Assembly (NCBI GenBank): GCA_010015585.1
Contig: ML975154.1
Length of the DNA: 64,000 nucleotides
Source of the DNA: Eremomyces bilateralis CBS 781.70
Lineage: Eukaryota
Reading direction: 5' to 3' (one strand)
The notes beneath the pieces are model-generated. The model had not been told where the DNA came from and made no database searches. It worked only from the letters and a program-made list of their open reading frames with translations. Positions 24,356-36,949 of the stretch are shown here, piece by piece (within the stretch, counting starts at the first letter, position 1; every line of letters begins with the position of its first letter). The translations under genes and the position numbers were made by a program.

Positions 24356-27300
24356 GATGGACGGCAGCCGTGTTGCAGCCTAGCGGTGACGGTGTCGGCT
24401 GTGGTGGGAAGTTGATGCTCTCACGACTTCAACGGAAGAGAGAAGTGATTTGCTAGGGAAGGGAAACGAGGAACAAGTAGCCTTACTGTAAACGAAGGAT
24501 GTAACAGCAGACGAGGTTTAGGTGATAAGGGAGCTGGTATGGAGGAGACGGTAGGGTGAGAAGGTTGTAGTAGAGGGGGAAGAGAGGGAGAGAGGAAGAC
24601 AGAAGAGGGAGAGTGAGAAGTAGTGAGGAGGGAGATAGATTGGTGATTGGAGTGATGGGGAGCGGGGGAAGCTGATGGTTTGGGGTGAGGAGAGCTGCTG
24701 AGTTCCGTGAGCTGCGACGAAGGGAGACACCTGAGCGGAATGATGGGCGATGATGACTGGATGTCGATGCTGGACGCTGGAAGTTTGGGGTTCAATCAAG
24801 GAGACACCGGAAGAGCCTGGATGCCGTCGCCTGCTTTACCGTATCATTTAATTCCTGGATTTGTTACTATAGTAGTCGAGGTACAGGATACACGCCAGCT
24901 TTAAGTCCCACGGCAGCCTGGAGTTGCTATTCCTAACACGAATCCAGTCACCTCTGAATTCTGATGGTTCCGTGGTCACGGTGTACCAATTTCCTCCCCG
25001 TCTTGTGAAGCACCTGTTGGCTCCTTGTAGCAAACAGAGGAGCTATCACTCTTTCACTTTCCGGTGTTGCTTATTCCGCCTCTCATTACGAATCGTATTT
25101 TTGCCTCTCATTGCGTTTCCCTACTGCCTACGCCCTAATACTACCATGTACTCCATCCACTGACCGACTTGAATGGAGGCCTGTGCCACCTTATCTCCGT
25201 GATCCGGTGACCCATCCACCGGCTCCAGCCCATTCTAGATCTCTCAGCTTCTCCTTGAATGAGATCTGAGAAGCCGTGAACTGAGATAGAACCTTGGATT
25301 CTGATCCAGCTCGAAGTATTCTTGTTCGGTACCTCGTTCAGGTCATCCACAAGTTCGGTGGTTGGACGCGCGGGACTGGTCGTCCCGTACTTTGGCCTCG
25401 CGCACCTGGACATCGGATTACCAGCGATGAGGTCAGGCTGGGCGGTGGAGATGGTAGTACCGGGCTTCCGTATTAAGGAATAAACAGGCTACAAATCGCT
25501 TCTTGATATCCTTACTTGAAGGAAGTAGCCTTACTCCAGAGCCCAGACAAAGTCGTCAAGGGAGGGATGAAAAGTTATGAAACACCACCAGAGCTCGCAT
25601 AAGCGGCACAGTACTAATATGTAGGCAACCGCCCGCACTCCCCCTGTCGATTATCCTGCCGCCATATAGAAGCATACCCACCAACCCCGCCGCCTCACTC
25701 ACCCTCCAGCTCAGCAACTTCAGCCGATCGCTCAGGTTTGTCCCGACCCTGACACGTTCACGGTCTCGCCAGTTGCCGCCTTTGCGGTGGTGACGACATC
25801 CAGGTACGGCTAGGTGCTAACACTGCACAGCACGATCGCCTGGTGTCGTGATTGGTGGGTCGATAGTAGTCCCAGATGAGGATGTGGGATGCGTCTCGCG
25901 ATGGTGACGCGGGGTGGGGTCTGGGGAGGAGTGGCATGTTCATGAGGGAAAAGTTGAGGCACGGGGAGGTTCGTGGTTGGTGAGTCGAGAGGAAGAATTC
26001 CGGGAGAAACCGACGGAGAGCGGTATGAGACGGGGTACTTGTATTCGATGTGGATTGGATGCAGTTCACTCGTTCGCTATGGTCGTGTACCTGTACAATG
26101 AGACGCGTATTCATTTGGTATGCCTTGCTACACGCGAGCTAAGCTCGCGACCAGGATACCTCTGTCGTAATAAAGTCCGTCCCCAACATTAAGTCCATGC
26201 AGTCTGCATATGTTGAGTCTCTTGGCAATCAGTACTAATATCGCGTCCCCTTCCGCATTGTATTTGCCTCCCGGGTTCCTATCTCATAACTAAAAAGACT
26301 CATGCCGCCAAGGCCGTTCCGCCACCCCGCCGACTCCATGCCGCCGCTTATCGCCGCCGCCGCTCCCACTTCGAAGCCGCACAACAGCGACAAACGACTC
26401 ACTGCGGCCCGCTCGTTCGCCGTGTCGGATGTGCCGCTCTACGGCAAGGTGGAGTGCGACAGCGGAAGATCGCGCGTGGATGAGGGGCGGGAGATCGGGC
26501 GGCGTGGGACTGGGTAAGGAGTACGAAAAGAGCTCGGTAAAGATGGAAGCTGGAACTGGAGAGTAGAGGGGCGAAGAAAAGAGTCCGATGCATCCTGTGC
26601 TGGAGACGAACAATTTCTAGCCGTTTGTTCCGTACGTGGCCGCGTCGGGTGGAAGATGTTGCTGACTGGATCAGTGCGGGTATGGACGACTGGTCGAAGG
26701 GAGGAAGCATCCCGGGAGTCGGACGTAGAGAGTCTCTCCGTCTTGTTCCTAATTAAGGAAATCGGCTCTCGCTAGAATTCCGGAGAAGATATTGGGCCGG
26801 CGAGAGATGCGTGGTTGGTGTCGAAACCGTCCGACGCCATATCTAATGGATATTCATGCTCCAATGTTGACAGACGGCATCTAGAGACTCCGCGAATGGG
26901 TTAGTACTGCGGTCCCATGGCATCCATCCGAGAGGATGTCGAACCGATCGTAGCGGGATAAATCGTCGGTGTGGTTAGTTCGGCGCCATTTGAGCACCGC
27001 GGCTCTGGACTTGCGAGTTCTATACCTACATATCAATCCACATTCAATCGAATATGTCCAATTGTCCTCTGATTCAAAGCGCGTACATAGGACGCCAAGA
27101 ATGGCTCCGAAGTTGGATCTTTGCTCGCAGGCCTTCCTTCACTCCCCTCATCTTTCTTGACCCGAATCAGAAAGCTTAAACTAGAGTCAAAGGCTACCGT
27201 GGTGGATCTTCGGTCTTCTGTTCTGCTACTTCGATGAGCTATCCACTCAGTCAGTCTGTACACTAGGCTCGTACGTCGCCCTACTGTCGGACAGATTCCA

Positions 27301-29395
27301 TAACTGCTGCGGCTCGGACTTGTGAATATCAGGACCACTGTCCTGGATCGAGGGGAGGACATGGGAGTCCGTCAAACAACCCACCGACACCGTTTCCCCT
27401 GCTCTCGCCTCTCCAGAGGTCCAGTCGCGCCGCACTCATCGATAACTCTCCCTCATCGAACGGGAGACGCCGAGAAATAAATTGTTGCCCCAATGCCCCC
27501 GACCCCTGAGAGGCTACTGATGATTCCTCTCAGTGAACGCGAAGCCCCTGAGCTTTTCCGAGTTAGCACAAGTGGCGCTCTGAGCATCGGACGTGCGACG
27601 GAGAAATCAACGGTCGGATGCATGGATGGCCCTGAAATCTTTCTGGATATCAGTCAGTGGTGGCTGGACTTGATGTATACGCCGGTCGCAATGGCCAGGG
27701 AAACACTCCTCCTCTCCGCGTGAATCCAGGGAGCTTCTCGGCGCGACGGTGGGCGATGTTGAGTGAGTGGTATGATGCGGTTAGGTTAATGAAGAGGGAA
27801 GACTTATGAGGTCATTGACGGTGCTCTATCTGCTAAGTGTTCGTCGCGTTGATGTAAAGTATGGATTTGAGCACGAAAACGGGTCATAACCACAAGACTA
27901 GAGCCTCTTCTTCCGCAGATCGGATCATTGAAGTAAAGGAGGCTCAAAGGGACATGGAAGTCTACTGTGATGAATCTACCCAACCAAGTTCAATCCCCAA
28001 AAGGGACGCTCCCCCCTAGGAATCTAGAAGAAGGGTAGAAATAGTAAGGGTCGACATACTGTATCCTTCAAGATCAAACTCAGCCCAGTAGAGCTTCCTG
28101 TACCTTATGCTACCTGTTTCTCAGTAAGAGAGTCACTCTGGTTAACAAATTCACCCATCCTCCCAACATCATATGCCCAAACAATGCGCATGTGAACCTC
28201 CTCCCATTCACTCTCCAACACACGGCCCGACACACACCCATATCATCCATCAACAGTTAATTCTAGTAATATACAGGCCTGTGGCCTGGTTGGGAACCAT
28301 GTGAGTGTGACCTCTATATACTTGATGAAGTCTCACATGTACCTCTAGAGGTTGGTCAACTCCTAAGAGAGGGTCCCTCCCCCCTAGATGTGGAGGGGCC
28401 ACTCCTTGGATGGGGTTGTTTGCAGGCACAAGAGTACTTTGAAGGCTTAGTTGGTAGCCTGTACGCCGCCCTCAGAGGAGCCCAGTGGGGTGTTGGACTT
28501 TGTTCCCTTTTTGGTAGGTGGTGGGTTCGAGTCTGGTTGATGGAATTGGCGTTCTGCCCTTTCTTTTTTGCTAGAGATGTGCGTATAATCTTTAACCTCT
28601 TTTATGTCCTTGAAGATATAGGGCCTCCTACTTCCCTAGTAGGAACTAGTTATTAAGTATTGAGATTAGTAACTAGACTAAATTTCACTTAATAGTTCAG
28701 CAGATATTATCAATGAGTCTTCTTGATTCCTCTGTATATCAGCCGCTCCACGAGAGCTATCGAGTATCTAAGAAGAAACGATTTCGACTATCCCTCATTG
28801 CCAGTTAGGAGCTGACATCTCAACACCTCTCCAGCACTCGATGAACTCCAGGGAAAACCCGATCACCTCCCTCACGAGACAACCAGCCAGCAGCAAAACC
28901 ACCGCCACCTCAACCGCCATCCACCGCCCCAAAAATGCTTTTTCGGTGTTTTGAATCCCGGCACACCACTCATCCACGAGACGATGCCAGGGATAGAAGG
29001 GAATTAGAAAAGGTAACATGAATGTGATGTGCGTCGAAAACGGAACACAGATAATTGCGCGGCTCTCAGAAGAGATGGGAAACGCCACGTGAGAAAGACA
29101 GAAGCAAGGAAGGGAACGCAAATGACAATCCAAGACGCTCGAACCCGCTGTGCGAAGAATCATCAAACTAATAAAACCGATTGCCGACGCGCCGGTTTGT
29201 AAAACAGATGGGGGTGATCAGACATATATTTGAAGGATGGAAGGGGGATTGAAGTTCAAACGCTGCTGAAAGGCAGACATGACGTGCATCCCGTAAACCC
29301 AGCCGCAAGAACTCAATCCCATAACAGCCCACGCATGCAAGACAAGACTCATGAATCGGAGAGCCACGCGAAAGATATCCCCAGAACGTCCGATA

Positions 29396-31689
29396 TTACT
29401 GCTGTGGATAATATCCGGACATTCCAGCCATCTGCGGGTAGTAATACCCATCCGGACTCGGAGTCATCATCCCTCCCATCCCAGGCATGGTGTATCCGCC
29501 GCTATACTGGCCCATCTGCGCCGGCATCTGCGCCGGCATCTGCGCCGGCGATGGATATGCCTCGCCGCCTTCCATCGGCTGGTAGTACTGGTTCGGATCG
29601 TAATAGTACACCATCCCGTTCGCCTCCTGCGCCACCAAGTTGCCCTGGGCGGCCTGGAGAGCGGTGGGGTCGCTGGACGATAAACCGGCTTGACCGTTGT
29701 GGGGTGGGTTGGCGCCCTGAGCGACTTGTGGGGGTGCGGTGGTGATGGTCGGGACGACGATGGTGCCAGCCTGGCCGTTCGGGACGAACATGGGAGCGAT
29801 GACGGCGCCGCTTGGGAGGGCGGCGGTGTATTGGTTTTGGGGTTGCGGGGGATAGTAGTAGCCGGGGGGGTTGGCATAGGGCGGTTGGAAAGTTTGTGGG
29901 TAGGGTTGGAAGGCGGGAGCGTGGATGGCACGCTCGGGAATGTTGGAGAGAGGAGTGCCGCTGGCAGATTGTTGGCTGTTTGGATAGGAGTGTTGGCGGA
30001 CGAGCGGGTGGTAATATTGTCCGGAGAGGTCGGGCTGGTTGAGGTTGGGTGGAGCGCCGTTGACGTGCCCGGGAACTTGGTGATGGAAAGCGAACTGCTC
30101 TTGTTGGGCAACATGTTGCATTGCTCCGGATACCGAAGCAGGTGACTCGATTCCAGCAACGGATACGGTCTTCTGTGGACGAGGTTGGTGCATGGTGATC
30201 GGAGCTTGCCAATTCTCACGCTGTGGTTTCTGCGGCAGCGGGTATGGGGGTGGAGGTGGCATTCCGATGACGGGTGTTCCCGCTCCGGACATCGTGGGTG
30301 TATGCTGCTGTGAGCCCGGGAGTCGCACGACGGGCCGATTATTATTGTATCCTGGAACACCAGGCCTCGAGAGCACAGAGCCCGTCGGCGAGCCGATACT
30401 TTCTCGACCGATTTCACGGGCAAGTGACGATCTTCTGCTCATAGCAATGCTAGGTGAATAAACGCTTCCACCATAGGCACTTGTCCGTCTGCTAGAATAC
30501 CCTCCGAACGGTCCAACAGGCCCTCTGCCACGGCCTCTTCCAAATCCTTGTTGGTTTGGCCGCAATGCTCGAGGAATGAATATAAAGGATCGATCGGTCG
30601 ACGGGAAGATATATCGGGGTGGATGATCGGGCAATGATATTCTAACGGGTTTGTCCCGTCGTAGTGGTGGTCGATGATTGGGAAGTCTAGTGTGGGATTT
30701 GACAGGAACGCCAGAGAAAACGATGGGTGCATTCATTCCAGAAAGGAACACTCGTACTTGGACGTTCCCAATCTGAACGGTTTGTGAGAAGGTGCGATTG
30801 ACGGGAGTAGAAGGAGCTTTCGGGATGCTGGTGACGGCGGTGGGTGGCTGCGCTGCAGTCTCTGCAGGAGCGAGTTGGTAGGGAGGATGGTGTTGCGTAG
30901 GTTGTGGTTTGGGAGCTGGCTGTTGGAGAGTTTCGTGGAGGTCGTGAGTCCAAGGAGAATCGGTTGGGTTGGAGGATTGGGCGCCGAAACTATTGTTGTT
31001 AGAGCAAGTTCGGAGATACTTGAACGGGGTACTCACTTTGCTGGTGAGAATGGCCCTCCGATACGCCCCCTTCCCCGGCCTCGACCATAGGGTCTGAATC
31101 CCGCATGGCCTGCAACTGACCGATGATCATGCATAAAGAATGTACCTCGGTTTGGTATAAAGGCCGGATCACTGGCCTTCTTTGAGTTGTAGTCCTCCTG
31201 TTCCCGTCTCCTTCTCTCTGCCACCGACTCTTGCCGTCCACTCAACGCTTGAGGTTCGGATACCCGCACCGTTGAAGCCGCCGATCCCATCGAGGGGCCA
31301 TGAAATTCAGCGGCTTCTTCCGGTCTAGGATTCTCAGAAACGCTGAGCCCGTTCATCATGGCCTCCATATCCGCCGTTTGACCAAACTTCGGACCATCCC
31401 CAACGTCCGGTGCAGGCTTAACTGCACCATCCGATTGTTTCGAGGGCTTCGGCGTTTTGGTGACACCGTTTTGTTTCTTCGGAGATCGTGACTTCGATGG
31501 TTTTTCAGCGCCTTGAGAGTCACTCAGATCGCTATCATCTGCTTCCGCATCTTGATCGACATCACTGGGAACGGAGGCTTCGCTCGCAGAGTCATCAATA
31601 TGTTCGGTAATAACGGAACCTTCCTCCTCGCCCTCTTCGTCAAGACGTCTGCGGCTGCTGAGGAGGTTGTTCCGTCGGTGCTGCGGCAT
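29396..31689 (-). CDS. Btz (CASC3/Barentsz eIF4AIII-binding) domain protein with Pro/Gln-rich C-terminus; exons 31689-31037, 30989-29396
   Basis: DPAFIPNRGTFFMHDHRS ... WTHDLHE (Btz signature) across a 47 nt GT-AG intron. Further conserved fungal blocks are LPNHRPPLRRDKPVRISLP..RYIFPS.DRSFIFIPRALRPNQQ and AQEANGMVYYYDP. Confidence 0.85.
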
Positions 31690-32880
31690 CGCTTGAGTCT
31701 GAAGACGTTGGTTGGAGGACTGCGGAGGACGAATCTGGGTTGATCTCGGAGTAGAGGGACAACCAATACGTCGTTAGGTAAGCTGGGCAAGGCCGACACA
31801 AGGAGAATCGGAAGGAGGGGAATGGATTGTAACCGCAAGATGTCGTGATGGATGGGATGTAGAGATAAGGCAGCGGGCTGAAGATTGAAGCGGCAGAATT
31901 AATGGGAAATATAATGTCGTGATGTTGAGATAATTAAAGAAAAGAACGGTCTGATGCCTGACAAAATCGGCATCGTCACCACACGTGTGAAACTATGGAT
32001 GAGATGCGGAATATCCGTGGCGCTCTTGGCATTGGAGTGATTGACCAGGGGCCAATATCATGCCTGAGGCTCATATAATTCTTAAGGCAGAAACTGCTTT
32101 TCATATTATCCATCCCAACTTCAGGCCACGGATAGTTAGTTAACTGCACACCGAGACACTTACATACTACACACTCGCAATACCGTACTACCGCAATTAC
32201 AATTCATTCAGATGGGCTATATATCCCATACTGGCTTACACCAATGCTTAACTCTGTTCTTAGATACCATTCTGCTCGCAGAATAATGCTTTCTACATTC
32301 TCAGTCTACACCGCTTCCCAACTGTTTCTCAGGTGCCATGTCTCAAGCAAGTGCCTTGTAGTATGTGGATGCTTTGTCATATGTTTGCATTCATTTAGGC
32401 CTAGAGTTTGGAATTAGATCTCTAAAGTCTGTTTCGTAGGGGAAGTAAGTCATCAGCACCTTGCTTCATCTAGATGCTCGTTCATGTCTTGGTTCATGGT
32501 TTCGTTTCTATCTGGACGTATCCCGAACCGTTTTCAAAGTTTATCTTGTCCATGAAGACTTCTTTGTCATTTCGAATTGGCCAGTGCTGCCTGTAATGAT
32601 TTCTCCGCAGGGTGGGCAACTCATCTTAGCAATTCTGTAACACTTTGACCTCTTCCAGCCCATCTCCCTACTTGGCATTCAACTCACAGTCAATGGCCCT
32701 TCTATTGATAAATATCAGTTGTTACTTCTACAATAGATCGCTGGTTGAGAGATATCTAACTTCAGGCCTCGATCACCATCCACCAACACGACGAAATGTA
32801 AGGCCGTATAATATCTGCGTCCTTATGCCACCTGAAGAAATTAAATTGTGGTGAAGAGAGCAGATGTATATCATCTTTCC

Positions 32881-33479
32881 TCATATCCTCATCCATGGAA
32901 TCCAGCTCGTCAAGGCACTACACAAAACTGCCAGAGACATGCAAATTGGCATATGTGCCAACGCAAGTTTCTCTATGTTCGTTGGTGAGTCGGATTGCAA
33001 CAATCCCGTTGCTACTATCCCTATTGCTATGAAATGCCAGTGCCACTTATTCCGCTCTCTATAGCGTTTGCTGAGCATTGCAATAGTTAAACCGAAGATG
33101 ACTATTGCGATCACCAAATATACTGGCGATAGACGCTTCAGGCATAGGTGGCATAAATATTGCCGAACGTTTGGAATCGGCTGGGTGTATGAACTGGCTG
33201 AGTCCTGTCAGAAGTCAGCCATCTTTGCTGTTTGGACATAGAATTGCGAAACTAATCCATGCTTACCTCTAGTAGACTTCCTCCAAGGCTTGTCTGGATG
33301 TACGGGAGACAGGATACAGGGAAAGGTCCACAAGGACATTCTTCCAGCTCAATGGGAGAGTCTTCCCACGCCTCCTGTGGACTCGTTATCTTCGTTTGCT
33401 TGTATCGTGCCAGTGCCGTCTCCGAATTTAACAGCGAGATCGAACCGAGTACAACGCCGGCAACCTCGACTGCGTCCAT
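32881..33479 (-). CDS. Small hypothetical membrane protein (about 178 aa); exons 33479-33267, 33204-32881
   Basis: ORFs 33252..33500 and 32881..33117 join in frame through a 62 nt intron (GTAAGC..GCTGAC..CAG). About three hydrophobic segments lie in the C-terminal half. Start codon is uncertain. Confidence 0.55.
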
Positions 33480-34300
33480 GAGAGTGTCAGATTTATCCAC
33501 TGCATTTTGTCAGAGCGTTTCTTCGCCAGCGATTGCACTCTCCGTAGAGCCTATGGATTTGACTTACATTAAACCCTAATGCTGTCTTCTGGCCGTTCAT
33601 TTCATTGATCCTGTTTACTCTAAGGCATCAAGTTTCAATACGTTGCGATGTGGAGCCGAGATCGGGATGTTCAAAATCTAGAAGTCTGAGCCAAAAGTCA
33701 CTTCAAGTTGGAACGTAGTAGCCGAAAATATTGCCACAAGGGAACAGGTCGAGTTTTTATACTACGAATAGCACGGACGTGGCCTGAAAACCAATCCGGT
33801 AAACTTTTCACTTTCAATCCTCATAGCCTTGGGCCACTATGCTGCTGAAATGAGGCGTTCAATCACACCGGTAAACCGCATTCAGCACGCAAATACCACG
33901 ACGTGGCAGCTTACAACCCAATGAGCCTTTTGCACAGCCCATCAGCCTGATTCTCGTTATGGAAAATTGAGGAATAATAACAATCGGGCTATCCGCGGGG
34001 TTTTGCCTTGATCTGGGTCCGAGTCTCGCATCGGTTGAGCAACACCAGTACTAAAGCCTCGTCCCGCAGCCACGCATTCGCAAATAAGAATCTATACCCT
34101 GACCTCCCTATCATGAAACTCCGGCATCTCTGATTTTTCGGATTTGCGATCAGTGCTAGTTGCGGTGCCCTCCTCGTCCAGCCTGAGATTGAGAACGGCC
34201 GAACCGGGTATTAAAAAGGCCACGTCTGCTCCCCGATTCATGAATTAAGGGAGGTAGACCACACCGACTTGGAGGTCTCTTTGTTGCAGCTGCTATCAAG

Positions 34301-35954
34301 ATGGCCGGAATTCGCTCCGCCGGCATAAGACCTGCGTAAGTCTCATTCTGGACTTGATGTCTCCCCCTTGATATTCAAATCGAGTTACTCGGGATGCTTC
34401 GGTTCACCGACTAACAATTTTAATAGCCTACACTCCAAATACCCGCTGCTGGAGGCAGGACAGCCGGGGCTACGAAATGGGAACGTGGAAAGCGGTGCTC
34501 CTCCAGTGAACCAGTGGATCAGCCTTGAAGTCCCTTGGCAAACATTTAAACGGACGAGAACAGATACTCCAGATCAGACGAGCCACCCTACCGGACCACC
34601 AAGATCAATCCAAGGTTCCAAAACAAGTAATGCACACACCAGCTCCAGGTTGACGATAGGGAACCGTTCAAATCGCATCCCTGCTCCTGCTCAAGTCGCC
34701 ACTGAAACAATTGATACTTCCGTCACACTCATCACAACCCCTAAATCTATCGGTTCAACAGAGGGCCAAATTCCACCAGGACTACTCCGACAACCGCCTT
34801 CCAGGCCAATCAGTCCAGAGCAATTGGCTGCTGAGGTTATATCTCTATATACTGGGTTGATCATGGTTGAGTCGAAGTGTATCCACGCCGTCCAAACCCT
34901 GACTCTGTTGATAGAGCACACTGGCGGCCGAGATCTACCAACCGACGAGTGGGAGGCCGTGATCGCGCTTCGTCGGAAGTTCCTTCATGAACACCATGAT
35001 TTCTTTTTGGCATCTGAACATCCTTCTGCAAGTCCCGCTTTACGTCAATTAGCAGCTAAATACTCTGTGCCGGCAAGAATGTGGAGACGTGGAATCCATT
35101 CCTCCCTGGAGTTGCTCCGCTACCAGCTTCCGGACCCTTTGGAGTATATGTTAGCCTTCATTTACCTTGCTGACCAGATAATGGGATTACTGCTAGGTGG
35201 GACAGTACCGTCCTTCCATGTTCCCCGTGGCGTATCGTCGAGCATTACACCCCTCTCCCCCTTAACCACCAAAACAAGATCACACCCCGACTTCCTACCT
35301 CCCGCAAAAAAAAACGACAGCGTGCTAGTATCGCCGACACCGGGCCTGCAACGCAAGTTTCTTCCAAGTCCTGCCAGTCGCAACCTGGTCCGCTGTTTGG
35401 CACTCATAATGTTGGCTCAGACCACAACGGCGATGCCCTTTCGAGATGTTGGCTCGACTTCTGACGCATTGGGGACAATGGGTTCTTGCCTGGTGGCAAT
35501 CGGCTTCGGATGTGCCACTCTGGGGCTGAATTTGGCGTGCATCCTCTCTCTGACTTTGGCGGGCGGACTTGCACTCATTAGACAGGACTCTCGAACATCA
35601 CCAGAATTATTAATCGGTGCTTACATCATCTACATCGCGGCGGCTGCGACGCAATCGTGCTTGACCTTCATGAAGAAAGAGCATGGGAAGCTGGGATTTC
35701 TCTTGACGCTGACCTGCTCCGTTATATTAACGGAGATTGACAGGTTGATCGAGCAGAGAGAGGCTGGAGATAAATTCATGTCGAACTTTCCAATGGCGTA
35801 CAGCTTCTGTGTGCTCATCGCAGCGCATACGAGCGAGTTCAAAAAATTTGCTCGGGCGTGTTGGTGCTCTGTTGGGGATTGCTTTATTGGTGTTGGAAAC
35901 TGGAGAAGAGCACAAGTGGTTGAACGGCTCACTTACGGCCCCAACTTTGTCTAG
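34301..35954 (+). CDS. Protein with the N-terminal part of a fungal Est1/Ebs1-like helical domain followed by a multi-pass membrane region; exons 34301-34335, 34427-35954
   Basis: ISPEQLAAEV..YTGLIMVESKCI..WEAVIAL..LHEHHDFFLASEHPSASPALRQLAAKYSVPARMWRRGIHSSLELLR..LEYMLAFIYLA matches the filamentous-ascomycete Est1-like family as I recall it. About five hydrophobic stretches follow. The short first exon splices in frame (GTAAGT..CTAAC..TAG). Confidence 0.7.
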
Positions 35955-36949
35955 CGTTTCTTCATCTGACATACAAGCCTCTGGATGACAAAGTAGTGGG
36001 CTTTGAGCTCACGTTACACCATTGGATATCCTTGAAAGACTTTCAACCCCCCCTTCCTAAAAACCCCTCGATACAGGTGTTCTATGCAGGACAACCCCGT
36101 ACAGAGCGCCGAATAAGGACTGCAACATATCGGTTGAACGAGAACCGTGAAAGGTCTAGGTGAACACCTGGTGGTGAGGTGGCAACGTCTCCGATCCCTT
36201 GGAATGGAGATAGAGATTACGAATAGGGGATTTGTGTTCATGCTCACTATGTGTGTGTGTTCTGACATCCCCTTAATATATTGCCAACGTTTGAATGGCA
36301 TTACGAGGCTTTTTCAAGGAGCGAATCCATTGCGACCGATAGGACTCAATATCCGTTCTGAAGAATGAAGCGAAGTGAATCATGTTCATCATGCTCACTT
36401 AATCGACATCACAATGTATACATGAGCATCATCATGTTCACATGAGTGAGTTTACGCAGGTTGTTCCCGTGCGGAACACCAATGTTTAACGACTCCTCAT
36501 GATGTGTCGAACTTTTCTTCATGACCATTATCCGAGAAATTTCTAAACTTCGCTTGGAGTTCCCCAACCAAGTAATATAAAATTGAAACCCTCAGACTCC
36601 TTTGGCTCTAGTAGTTCATCACTGCTTCGATTCTGATATAATGCTAACCCTTAAGCCCTAGTACCTTACAATTGTTTCCTAACCCTCGTCCTTGCATATT
36701 TCAGTGGATTTCTTTCACCCAGTGAGAATATCCATCAGAGTTTTCATATCTCAAATCGCCATATTGAACGGAAGAGTCACGATGAAGACCTTGCACAAGT
36801 GGAAGATAGGATCGCAATACCATTCGGACGTCCGGCGGAGATATCTGGCCGCCAGGTCCCAGAGAACGTGACATCTAGGATCAAGGTACCCTAGATTGAC
36901 TGGAACTATACGATCGACAGAGGCGCTCGACTCGATTATTGCTGTGGAA

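Noticed and set aside
28515..28540. GGTTCGAGTC resembling a tRNA B-box
   Set aside because: No cloverleaf, acceptor stem or A-box could be built around it.
33501..33600. Upstream ATG exon for the small membrane protein gene
   Set aside because: Splicing from GTAAGT to the CAG near 33500 puts this ATG out of frame with an early stop, so it is more likely a 5' UTR intron with a uORF.
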